Origin: Clostridia bacterium
Lineage (GTDB): Bacteria; Bacillota; Clostridia; Christensenellales; Borkfalkiaceae
Assembly (NCBI GenBank): GCA_017621735.1
Contig: JAGASM010000006.1
Span: 13,036 to 77,035 of the forward strand
DNA: 64,000 nucleotides
Direction of reading: 5' to 3'
Each line of letters opens with the position of its first letter. Positions within the stretch are counted from its first letter, which is position 1. A program made the position numbers and the translations under genes. Shown in pieces: positions 28,062 through 35,025 of this stretch. The notes below the pieces were generated by a model, which saw only the letters and a program-made list of their open reading frames with translations, did no database searches and was not told the origin of the DNA.

Positions 28062-29345
28062 ATGGATCAAACGGTTTATAGCGCTTACGTTCAAATCTTA
28101 CGGGAAGAATTACTCCCTGCAATGGGATGTACGGAGCCGATCTCCCTTGCTTATTGCGCGGCGCTTGCGCGAAAAACACTCGATGAAACGCCTTGTCGCG
28201 TACAAATTTCCGTAAGTGGGAACATCTTAAAAAACGTAAAGAGCGTCGTTGTTCCGCATACGGGCGGGTTGCGCGGCGTAGAAGCGGCGGCAGCGGCGGG
28301 AATCGTCGCGGGGGACGCAGACTTAAAACTTGAAGTGCTTTCCAAGGTAACGGAAGCGCAGTTTTCAAAGATGCGCGACTTTTTGAAGGAAGCGGAAATT
28401 ACGGTAGAACAGTCCGATTCCGGATGCGTGTTCGATATCGGCGTTTGCCTTACGGGTGATCGGCATACCGCGTCGGTGCGCATCACGGGGCATCATACCA
28501 ACGTCGTCTTGATCGAGCGGGACGGGGGAATTCTCTTTTCGCAAAAGGAACGGGAAGAAAACTCGGAAGGGGGTGCAAACCGTAACCTTCTTAACGTATC
28601 CGATATCATTGCGTTTGCGGACGCGGTAGACTTAAAGGACGTCGAAGAGGTCATTAAGCGGCAAATTGAATATAATACGGCGATCGCGGAAGAGGGACTG
28701 CAAAAGGATTACGGCGCGCGCGTAGGGAAGGTGCTTCTTTCCGCATACGGGAAGGACGTGCACAATCTTGCGCGGGCGACGGCGGCAGCAGGCTCGGATG
28801 CGCGCATGAATGGATGCGGGCTTCCCGTCGTTATCGTTTCGGGGAGCGGAAATCAAGGCATGACCGCGTCTCTTCCCGTCATCGTCTATGCAAAGCATTT
28901 GGGAAGTTCCAAAGAACTTTTATACCGCGCGCTCGTTCTTTCCAACTTGATTACCGTGCACTTAAAGTCGGGAATCGGTCGCCTTTCCGCCTATTGCGGT
29001 GCGGTGAGCGCGGGATGCGGTGCGGGTGCGGGCGTGTGTTACTTGCACGGCGGAAAATTTGACGAAATTGCACATACCGTCGTCAATGCGCTTGCCATTG
29101 ATTCGGGCATGATTTGCGACGGCGCGAAATCGTCGTGCGCGGCGAAAATTGCGTCGGCGGTGGATGCGGGGCTTCTCGGGTTTGAAATGTACCGAAACGG
29201 CAGTCAGTTTTACGGCGGGGACGGAATTTTGGAAAAGGGCGTTGAGAATACCATTCATAACGTCGGCGATTTGGCGCGGATCGGCATGCGGGAAACGGAT
29301 GAGGAGATCATTCGCCTCATGTTAAAAAATGCGAATCAAAAATAA
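28062..29345 (+). CDS. UPF0597 / serine-dehydratase-alpha-like protein (L-cysteine desulfidase family, YhaM/CyuA-like)
   Basis: N-terminus LLPAMGCTEPISLAYCAA and SGSGNQG are typical of the family. Confidence 0.8.
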   Translation: MDQTVYSAYVQILREELLPAMGCTEPISLAYCAALARKTLDETPCRVQISVSGNILKNVKSVVVPHTGGLRGVEAAAAAGIVAGDADLKLEVLSKVTEAQFSKMRDFLKEAEITVEQSDSGCVFDIGVCLTGDRHTASVRITGHHTNVVLIERDGGILFSQKEREENSEGGANRNLLNVSDIIAFADAVDLKDVEEVIKRQIEYNTAIAEEGLQKDYGARVGKVLLSAYGKDVHNLARATAAAGSDARMNGCGLPVVIVSGSGNQGMTASLPVIVYAKHLGSSKELLYRALVLSNLITVHLKSGIGRLSAYCGAVSAGCGAGAGVCYLHGGKFDEIAHTVVNALAIDSGMICDGAKSSCAAKIASAVDAGLLGFEMYRNGSQFYGGDGILEKGVENTIHNVGDLARIGMRETDEEIIRLMLKNANQK

Positions 29346-29349
29346 AACG

Positions 29350-29377
29350 GACGGGGAGGATTCCCCGTCTTTTTTTT
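29350..29377 (+). terminator. Rho-independent terminator
   Basis: GACGGGGA-GGAT-TCCCCGTC stem followed by T8. Confidence 0.85.
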
Positions 29378-29406
29378 GCATAAAACGGAAAAGGTTTCCC
29401 AAAATA
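29378..29406 (+). promoter_or_regulatory. Candidate forespore (sigma-G/F-type) promoter GCATA-17-CAAAATA
   Basis: Matches the remembered consensus GHATR-17/18-CAHWHTA. It lies only 10 nt upstream of the spoVAD ATG, which has no SD. Confidence 0.3.
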
Positions 29407-29416
29407 ATCGTAAGAT

Positions 29417-30412
29417 ATGGGAAGTCAAACGATATATTTTCAAAAAAAGCCGAAAATCGTCGCGGTCAGTACGGTTGCGGGGCAAAAAGAATGCGCGGGG
29501 ATTATCGGTCGATACGTAGAAAATGCGCTATCGGACGATATGTTCGGGGAATCGACGTACGAGAAGGCGGAATGCAAAATGCTTTCTTACGTCATCGACG
29601 GGGCGATTTCAAACGCAAAGTTAAAGCGGGAACAAATCGATATGCTTGTTTCGGGCGATTTGCTCAATCAGATTATTTCCGCGTCCTTTGCCGCGCGCGA
29701 TTTCTCCATTCCCTTCCTCGGCGTGTACGGGGCATGTTCGACAATGGCAGAAAGCATTGCCATTGCCTCCGCACTCGTGGACGGCGGTTACTGTAAACGC
29801 GTCGTCGCGGCGACGGGCAGTCATTTCGCGAGCGCGGAACGGCAATACCGTTATCCGCTCGAACTCGGGTGTACGCGCCCTCCGCAAAGCCAGTGGACGG
29901 TAACGGGCGCGGGAGCGTGCCTGATTGCAAAGGAGGGGGACGGGATCGAAGTGCCGTGCGCGACGTTCGGCAAAGTGGTTGATTTCGGTATCTCCGACGT
30001 CAATAATATGGGCGCGGCGATGGCGCCCGCGGCGGCGGATACCATTTTGGCGCATTTTCGTGCGACGGGGGAGAATGCGTCCGATTACGACTTGATTGTA
30101 ACGGGAGATTTGGGTGCGCTTGGAAGTCGAATTCTAAAAGATTTAACGTGGGAAAAGGGACTTGATATTTCTTCAAACCACGTTGACTGCGGGGAGATCA
30201 TCTACAAGGTAATCGAAGACGAATTTCAAGGGGGAAGCGGCGCGGGCTGTTCCGCCGTCGTCCTCAACTCCTATCTTCATGCAAAGATGATGACGGGGGG
30301 ACTTCGGAAAATTTTATTCGTTGCGACGGGTGCGTTGCTTTCCACCGTTTCCGCGGGGCAGGGGGAGAGCATTCCTTGCATCGCGCATGCCGTCGTCTTA
30401 AAGAGGGGGTAA
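29417..30412 (+). CDS. spoVAD: Stage V sporulation protein AD
   Basis: Thiolase-like fold. It aligns by eye with B. subtilis SpoVAD (GDLLNQ, FGACST, GSGCACSAV-like GSGAGCSAV, ESIPCIAH). Confidence 0.9.
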   Translation: MGSQTIYFQKKPKIVAVSTVAGQKECAGIIGRYVENALSDDMFGESTYEKAECKMLSYVIDGAISNAKLKREQIDMLVSGDLLNQIISASFAARDFSIPFLGVYGACSTMAESIAIASALVDGGYCKRVVAATGSHFASAERQYRYPLELGCTRPPQSQWTVTGAGACLIAKEGDGIEVPCATFGKVVDFGISDVNNMGAAMAPAAADTILAHFRATGENASDYDLIVTGDLGALGSRILKDLTWEKGLDISSNHVDCGEIIYKVIEDEFQGGSGAGCSAVVLNSYLHAKMMTGGLRKILFVATGALLSTVSAGQGESIPCIAHAVVLKRG

Positions 30413-30414
30413 CG

Positions 30415-30792
30415 ATGGAATATTTGGAAATTTTATTTGCGTTCGCAAAGGCGTTTCTCGTCGGCGGCTTGATATGCGCAGTTGCGCAAGTGGTCATCAA
30501 TTTTACCGATTTGACTGCGGGGAAGATTCTCGTAACGTTTATGCTTGTCGGCGTTGTTTTAACGGCGCTCGGTCTGTATCAACCGCTTGTGGAATGGGCG
30601 GGCGCAGGGGCGACCGTCCCGATTTCCGGATTTGGATATTTGCTTGCAAACGGCGCGATGAAAGGGGCGCAGGTAGGACTTTTTCAGGCGCTTACGGGCG
30701 CGCTTTCCGCGGCGAGCGCGGGTGTTTCGGCGGCGATCGTCTTTTCGTTTTTGATGTCGCTTATCTTCAAATCGCATACCAAATATAATTAA
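30415..30792 (+). CDS. spoVAE: Stage V sporulation protein AE (SpoVAEb-type)
   Basis: AFLVGGLICAVAQ and LYQPLVEWAGAGATVPISGFG match SpoVAEb. ATG 30415 lies 2 nt after the spoVAD stop; the ORF opens at 30376. Confidence 0.85.
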   Translation: MEYLEILFAFAKAFLVGGLICAVAQVVINFTDLTAGKILVTFMLVGVVLTALGLYQPLVEWAGAGATVPISGFGYLLANGAMKGAQVGLFQALTGALSAASAGVSAAIVFSFLMSLIFKSHTKYN

Positions 30793-30845
30793 GTGGAAAA
30801 AAAATTGACGTACGGGTTCGTTTTTTCTTGCAATTTACAAAAAAC

Positions 30846-30874
30846 GAATATTGTCGGCGCGCCGTGCATACAAT
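30846..30874 (+). promoter_or_regulatory. Candidate mother-cell (sigma-E-type) promoter GAATATT-14-CATACAAT
   Basis: Matches the remembered sigma-E consensus (ATATT-14-CATACAaT). The -10 element ends 5 nt before the yunB GTG, so the transcript would be (near-)leaderless. Confidence 0.3.
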
Positions 30875-30879
30875 AGGGC

Positions 30880-31545
30880 GTGAATAGGCGGAATGGCAAA
30901 AATAAACGGCGCAGACGCGTTGCGTGGGCATTTGTTTCTTTTTTATGTATTGCGCTCGTCGTGTACGTGCAATGGAACGTTACGACCGTGTTAAAATCGA
31001 TTGCCGAAGCGACGATGCGGTCGATTACGACCGTCGCCGTAAACGATGCGATTTATTATACGCTCTCCGACCGCATCCGTTACGAAGATCTTGTTACCGT
31101 TACAAAGGACGATGAGGGGGAGATCGTCGCCATTACGTCGAACGCCTTTCAAATCAACCGAATCGCGCGGGATACCGCGTACATGTCCCAGCAAAATTTG
31201 AAGAGTATGAGCGAAGACGGAATCGAAGTGCCGCTCGGCGCGTTTACGGGCGTAGAGGCTTGGGCGGGGTTCGGTCCGAAAGTCAACATTAAAATTATAC
31301 CCATTTCCAACGTGGAATGTCGGTTTGTTTCCGAGTTTGAGGCTGCGGGGATCAATCAAACAAAACACTCCGTCTATTTGGAAATCGTCGCCGATATTTC
31401 CATTATTTTACCTTCGGAAACGAGCAATTTTGCCTCTTTGACGGAGGTTTTAATTTGTGAAAGCGTGCTTGTCGGCAAGGTTCCGAGTACCTATTTGCAG
31501 ACGGATATTTTCGGTGGAGGATACGATTTGATTCCCCGAAACTAA
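30880..31545 (+). CDS. yunB: Sporulation protein YunB
   Basis: Basic N-terminus plus one TM helix. The body resembles YunB (IPISNVECRFVSEFEAAGINQTKH, VPSTYL). GTG start. Confidence 0.8.
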   Translation: MNRRNGKNKRRRRVAWAFVSFLCIALVVYVQWNVTTVLKSIAEATMRSITTVAVNDAIYYTLSDRIRYEDLVTVTKDDEGEIVAITSNAFQINRIARDTAYMSQQNLKSMSEDGIEVPLGAFTGVEAWAGFGPKVNIKIIPISNVECRFVSEFEAAGINQTKHSVYLEIVADISIILPSETSNFASLTEVLICESVLVGKVPSTYLQTDIFGGGYDLIPRN

Positions 31546-31546
31546 T

Positions 31547-31586
31547 AAAGCGCCGCGCGCCCAAATGGGCGCGCGGCGCTTTATTT
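31547..31586. terminator. Bidirectional GC-rich terminator between yunB and murG
   Basis: AAAGCGCCGCGCGCCC-AAAT-GGGCGCGCGGCGCTTT perfect 16-bp stem. Confidence 0.85.
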
Positions 31587-32620
31587 TATACAAAATTTTT
31601 CAAAATAGACAAGATTTTAGGCGTTCCGTTTTCGACGGAGCACTCTTGTAGGTTGGCGCGTACCGTTTCGTCGTGCAGCGCTGCAATTACCGCTCGGCGA
31701 AGGGAGTCCGCCGTCAAATTGTCCTCTCGCAAAATACGGCAAAGCCCTTTCCGTTGAAAATAGAGGGCGTTGAGCAGTTGATCTCCGCGCGAACTCTTTT
31801 CAAGGGGGACGAATACAGCCGACTTTTTCAGGGCGAGCAGTTCAAATACGGTATTACTTCCCGCCCGAGCGAGGATAACGTCCGCCGCCGCATATGCGCT
31901 TGCCATATCTCCTTCAAACTCCCGTTGGACGTACCCGCAAAATGCGTCCGACGAAAGGTTTCCCTTTCCGCAAAGATGCAATACGTTCCATTCTTTTAAG
32001 AGCCTTGGAAGGGCAGAGCGGAGGGCGGCGTTAATCGCGCGGCTCCCCGAGCCTCCCCCCAACACGAGAAGAACGGGCTTCTCATCTGAAAAAGAATATT
32101 TTTTGCGCGCCCTTATGCGGTCGCCTTGGAACAATTCTTTCCGAATCGGAGAGGACACGTGGATCCCGTTTGAAAAGAGAGATGCCGTTTCGGGAAAAGA
32201 GGTCAAGACGCATTTACATCGTTTGGCGATCATACGGGTACAAAGCCCCGGGGTGTAGTCGCTTTCATGCGTTATGAGGGGCACGTTTGCTTTTTTAGCC
32301 GCCCATGCAACGGGAAAACTTGCATATCCGCCCTTGCTGAATATGAGGTCGGGCTTTTCCCGAAGCAATAGATCTTGCGCAAGAGAAACGGCTTTTTTAA
32401 GGCGGAACGGAATGGCAAGGTTTTTCGCCGTAACTTTGCGGATGAGTTTGGGGCAGTCGATGCGAAAGAAGGGATATCCGTACTTTTTCACCAACTGTTC
32501 TTCGATTCCGCCCGTTCCTACGTAAGCAATTTTGTGCGAGTATTTCAGTTCGTTCATAACGGCAAGGTTTGGAACGACGTGTCCCGCACTTCCCCCGCCC
32601 GTGAAGAGAATATATTTCAT
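31586..32620 (-). CDS. murG: MurG-type GT28 glycosyltransferase (lipid II synthase-like)
   Basis: N-terminus FTGGGSAGHVVPNLAV, plus HESDYTPGL and a C-terminal Rossmann half (LVLGGGSGSRAIN). Confidence 0.75.
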   Translation of the reverse strand: MKYILFTGGGSAGHVVPNLAVMNELKYSHKIAYVGTGGIEEQLVKKYGYPFFRIDCPKLIRKVTAKNLAIPFRLKKAVSLAQDLLLREKPDLIFSKGGYASFPVAWAAKKANVPLITHESDYTPGLCTRMIAKRCKCVLTSFPETASLFSNGIHVSSPIRKELFQGDRIRARKKYSFSDEKPVLLVLGGGSGSRAINAALRSALPRLLKEWNVLHLCGKGNLSSDAFCGYVQREFEGDMASAYAAADVILARAGSNTVFELLALKKSAVFVPLEKSSRGDQLLNALYFQRKGLCRILREDNLTADSLRRAVIAALHDETVRANLQECSVENGTPKILSILKNFV

Positions 32621-32733
32621 GATAACAGTATATTCTCTTTGTGGATTTTTATTGATAAACGGTGCAACAAGAGAATTAAGCCATTAAAAGAGCGTGTGAG
32701 GGGAAGGCGGTTGCCCGCGCCTTATTTATTATG

Positions 32734-32994
32734 ACGAACGGGTTATGCGTAATTCTTGGTTGCTTGATCGAGTGCGTCTTTCACGCGGTCGACGGGTGTT
32801 TGCGGGAACGGTATTGCACGGCTCAACGAACGGGTTATGCGTAATTCTTGGTTGCTTGATCGAGCGCGTCTTTCACGCGGTCGACGAGCGTTTGCGGGAA
32901 AGTATTGTATGGCTCAACGAACGGGTTATGTGTAATTCTTGGTTGCTTGATCGAGCGCGTCTTTCACGCGGTCGACGAGCGTTTGCGGAGAAAG
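32734..32994. repeat. Tandem array, 2.8 copies of a 91-92 bp unit that re-copies the last ~62 nt plus stop of the WYL-regulator gene
   Basis: ACGAACGGGTTATG(C/T)GTAATTCTTGGTTGCTTGATCGAG(T/C)GCGTCTTTCACGCGGTCGAC... begins at 32734, 32826 and 32917. Only the third copy is part of the gene. Confidence 0.9.
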
Positions 32995-33849
32995 GACTTT
33001 TAACCCGCCGCCCATAGAAAGAATTTTTCCGACGAGTGATTCGTCGTCCGGAAGAGTAACGTCCGCTTGGCATATGCCGTTTTTATGAATGATATTTTCA
33101 ATGCCCAGCCATTCTTCCGCAAAAGGGAGGGCGGAAGGGGAAATTTCAAACCGCGCTTCGATCGTATCCGTTTCGTCGTGCCAAAAGCGAAGAGGAACGT
33201 CGTCCTTTTTGAAGGGAATTCGTTCAAACGTTTCTCCCGTCTGTATAATCGAGCGGATGCGTCCGAGTTTGAAAAGGCGGAACGCTTCCCGTTGCATGCA
33301 GTATGCATATACGTACCAAACGTTTTGTTTGTACACGAGAAGGTGCGGTTTAATTTTACGTTGCGAATGTTCTCCCTCGCGCGAAACGTAGTCGATAAAG
33401 AGCGTTTGCTTTTCGTCGATGGCGTTGTCTACGAGGGAAAGTTTGTCGGAAAACTTGTGCGTATCCCCCCAAGAACCGCTATCGACGAGAATGTTTCCGG
33501 AAATACTCAAATCTTTTTTATTCTCTTTCCGTTGCGCGGAAATTTTTTCAATGGCGGAAAGAAGCGCGTCGTCCGGCTTTTGTTCTTGCATCGCAAGCAT
33601 GGCGCCAAGCGCTTCGTCGTATTCGCTGGCCGTCAAAAATCCCGTGGGAAGTTTGAAGGAGTCCGGGATAGAAATCCCACCGTGCTGTCCGCGCGTAACG
33701 TCGATCGGGATTCCGGAAATGGTAATGTCGTCCACGTATCGGTATACGGTGCGGACGGAAATGTCGTACTTTTTCGCGAAATACCGCGCGCTCACTCTTC
33801 GACGGGAAAGAAGGGTGAACAAAATTCCAAAAATAACTTCCGTTTTCAT
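32926..33849 (-). CDS. HTH + WYL-domain transcriptional regulator (YafY family)
   Basis: N-terminal wHTH (ARYFAKKYDISVRTVYRYVDDI), a WYL core (HLLVYKQNVWYVYAYCMQREAFRLFKLGRI) and a C-terminal extension. ATG 33849 follows GGAGG; the ORF opens at 33903. Confidence 0.85.
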   Translation of the reverse strand: MKTEVIFGILFTLLSRRRVSARYFAKKYDISVRTVYRYVDDITISGIPIDVTRGQHGGISIPDSFKLPTGFLTASEYDEALGAMLAMQEQKPDDALLSAIEKISAQRKENKKDLSISGNILVDSGSWGDTHKFSDKLSLVDNAIDEKQTLFIDYVSREGEHSQRKIKPHLLVYKQNVWYVYAYCMQREAFRLFKLGRIRSIIQTGETFERIPFKKDDVPLRFWHDETDTIEARFEISPSALPFAEEWLGIENIIHKNGICQADVTLPDDESLVGKILSMGGGLKVLSPQTLVDRVKDALDQATKNYT

Positions 33850-33874
33850 AAAAAACCTCCGATTTTGCAAAAAT

Positions 33875-33903
33875 ATTTTAACAAATATGACAGCAGTTGT
33901 CAA
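33875..33903 (-). promoter_or_regulatory. Sigma-A-type promoter of the WYL regulator (TTGACA-17-TAAAAT on the minus strand)
   Basis: Hexamers read from the reverse complement. It overlaps the divergent extended -10 (TGCTATAAT, 33912-33920) of the small + strand ORF. Confidence 0.6.
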
Positions 33904-33944
33904 GTATCATTTGCTATAATCTTTTCAAATAGGAGGAAAGGGAA

Positions 33945-34115
33945 ATGAAATACAGCATTTACGAAGAAAAAGTATTGCAGTTTTGCCAACAAAAACAGAG
34001 AAAAATGGATCGGGAACTTGTCATGGTGCTTGCGCGCCCGCGTACGGCGGAAGAAATGATGGAGAAACTCTCTTCTCTTCGCCCTTTGCAAAAAAGAGAA
34101 CGGGTTTTTGCATAA
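33945..34115 (+). CDS. Small hypothetical protein (56 aa), divergent from the WYL regulator
   Basis: AGGAGG lies 8 nt upstream of the ATG. It translates as MKYSIYEEKVLQFCQQKQRKMDRELVMVLARPRTAEEMMEKLSSLRPLQKRERVFA. It is below the 60-aa cutoff of the ORF track. Confidence 0.4.
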   Translation: MKYSIYEEKVLQFCQQKQRKMDRELVMVLARPRTAEEMMEKLSSLRPLQKRERVFA

Positions 34116-34297
34116 AATGCGCTTTCTTGTTCAGGTGAAAAAGATAAAATATTTTGAGTAAAACACTTGACAACGGGGGGGGGTAATATAATAGAGAAAA
34201 AAATGAAAATGCACTTTCTTGTTCAGGTGAAAAACATAAAATATTTTGAGTAAAACACTTGACAACGGGGGGGGGTAATATAATAGAGAAAAAATGA
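34114..34297. repeat. Tandem duplication (2 x 92 bp) of a promoter-like module, each copy carrying TTGACA, a G9 tract and TATAAT
   Basis: AAAATGC(G/A)CTTTCTTGTTCAGGTGAAAAA(G/C)ATAAAATATTTTGAGTAAAACACTTGACAACGGGGGGGGGTAATATAATAGAGAAAAAA occurs at 34114 and 34206. Confidence 0.9.
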
Positions 34298-34305
34298 AGA
34301 GGTGA

Positions 34306-34767
34306 ATGATGAAAAAAGCCATTCAAATTGTAACGACGGCACTCGCTGCGGTCAGCGTTTTTGCTATTACCGCATGCGGTTATGAAGAGGTCGGGTACGA
34401 CGATTATATCAAAGAAGCAATCGTGATGCAATCGAACGACGGACTTTATATGACGGGTGAGGTAACCTTGTTCGTTCATCCGAATAACGCCGATTGTTCC
34501 GCCGATGATCTTTCGTTTCGATTGAGCGGGGCGTCTGCAACGTTTGCGGAAAGTTTCGGTGCGGAATCATACGTTGCAAGTAAAATTGCGTGCCAAGCGT
34601 GGGAATTGACGCAAAAAGAAAATTACCGCTACTGCGTTGGCGGAAACGGGTTGAAAGTCTATACAAACGGCACGGATGAAAATTATTACTACGTCTTTGA
34701 CGAGGACGGCTACTTAAAGGAATGGAAGAACGGGGGAGAATTTATTAAGGTGAAGTGGAATAAATAA
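34306..34767 (+). CDS. Hypothetical lipoprotein (153 aa)
   Basis: Signal peptide with lipobox (VFAITA-C-GYE). A terminator follows. Confidence 0.7.
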   Translation: MMKKAIQIVTTALAAVSVFAITACGYEEVGYDDYIKEAIVMQSNDGLYMTGEVTLFVHPNNADCSADDLSFRLSGASATFAESFGAESYVASKIACQAWELTQKENYRYCVGGNGLKVYTNGTDENYYYVFDEDGYLKEWKNGGEFIKVKWNK

Positions 34768-34779
34768 GAAACAAAAGAT

Positions 34780-34809
34780 CTGCCGTCAGCGGGCGGCAGT
34801 TTTTTTTTT
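34780..34809 (+). terminator. Rho-independent terminator
   Basis: CTGCCG-N8-CGGCAG stem followed by T10. Confidence 0.8.
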
Positions 34810-34851
34810 GCGGAAAAGCACGGAAAATTGTTCAATCTAAATTGCAAAGCG

Positions 34852-34880
34852 TTGACAAAAAGTGGGTGTGGCGTTATAAT
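34852..34880 (+). promoter_or_regulatory. Consensus sigma-A promoter of tyrS (TTGACA-17-TATAAT)
   Basis: Both hexamers are perfect with 17-nt spacing. Confidence 0.8.
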
Positions 34881-34886
34881 AGTGTT

Positions 34887-34964
34887 ATGTTCAGTCAACG
34901 GAAGAACAACTTAAGTTACGTCTATGCGTATTCCCGTATCGGCAATACGGTTTTTTGCGCGTAA
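34887..34964 (+). CDS. Candidate leaderless 25-codon leader ORF (MFSQRKNNLSYVYAYSRIGNTVFCA)
   Basis: The ATG lies 7 nt after the -10 hexamer and has no SD. Three Tyr codons fall within five codons. The ORF runs through terminator-like hairpin 34934-34956. Confidence 0.25.
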   Translation: MFSQRKNNLSYVYAYSRIGNTVFCA

Positions 34965-34981
34965 CCGAAGTTTTTAAGACG

Positions 34982-35007
34982 GCTTGCGCGGGGCGCAAGC
35001 TATTTTT
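34982..35007 (+). terminator. Leader terminator immediately upstream of the tyrS SD
   Basis: GCTTGCGC-GGG-GCGCAAGC 8-bp stem followed by TATTTTT. The SD AGGAGG is at 35015. Confidence 0.7.
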
Positions 35008-35025
35008 CTATCACAGGAGGAAGGT

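Noticed and set aside
32734-32994. Possible diversity-generating retroelement (VR at a gene's 3' end plus nearby TR copies). The same idea was considered for the def and rpmB arrays.
   Set aside because: No reverse transcriptase lies in the window. The differences between copies are few and not confined to adenine positions. The copies are head-to-tail rather than separated TR/VR pairs.
32745-33017. A 90-aa + strand ORF across the WYL 3'-end repeats.
   Set aside because: It is antisense to the regulator's coding end and is generated by the triplicated unit. It has no SD.
34885-35025. A T-box riboswitch, expected upstream of tyrS.
   Set aside because: The leader is only about 139 nt. I find no T-box 14-mer (…GGUGGUACCGCG…) and no Stem I/specifier architecture. 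See the tyrS finding for the alternative.
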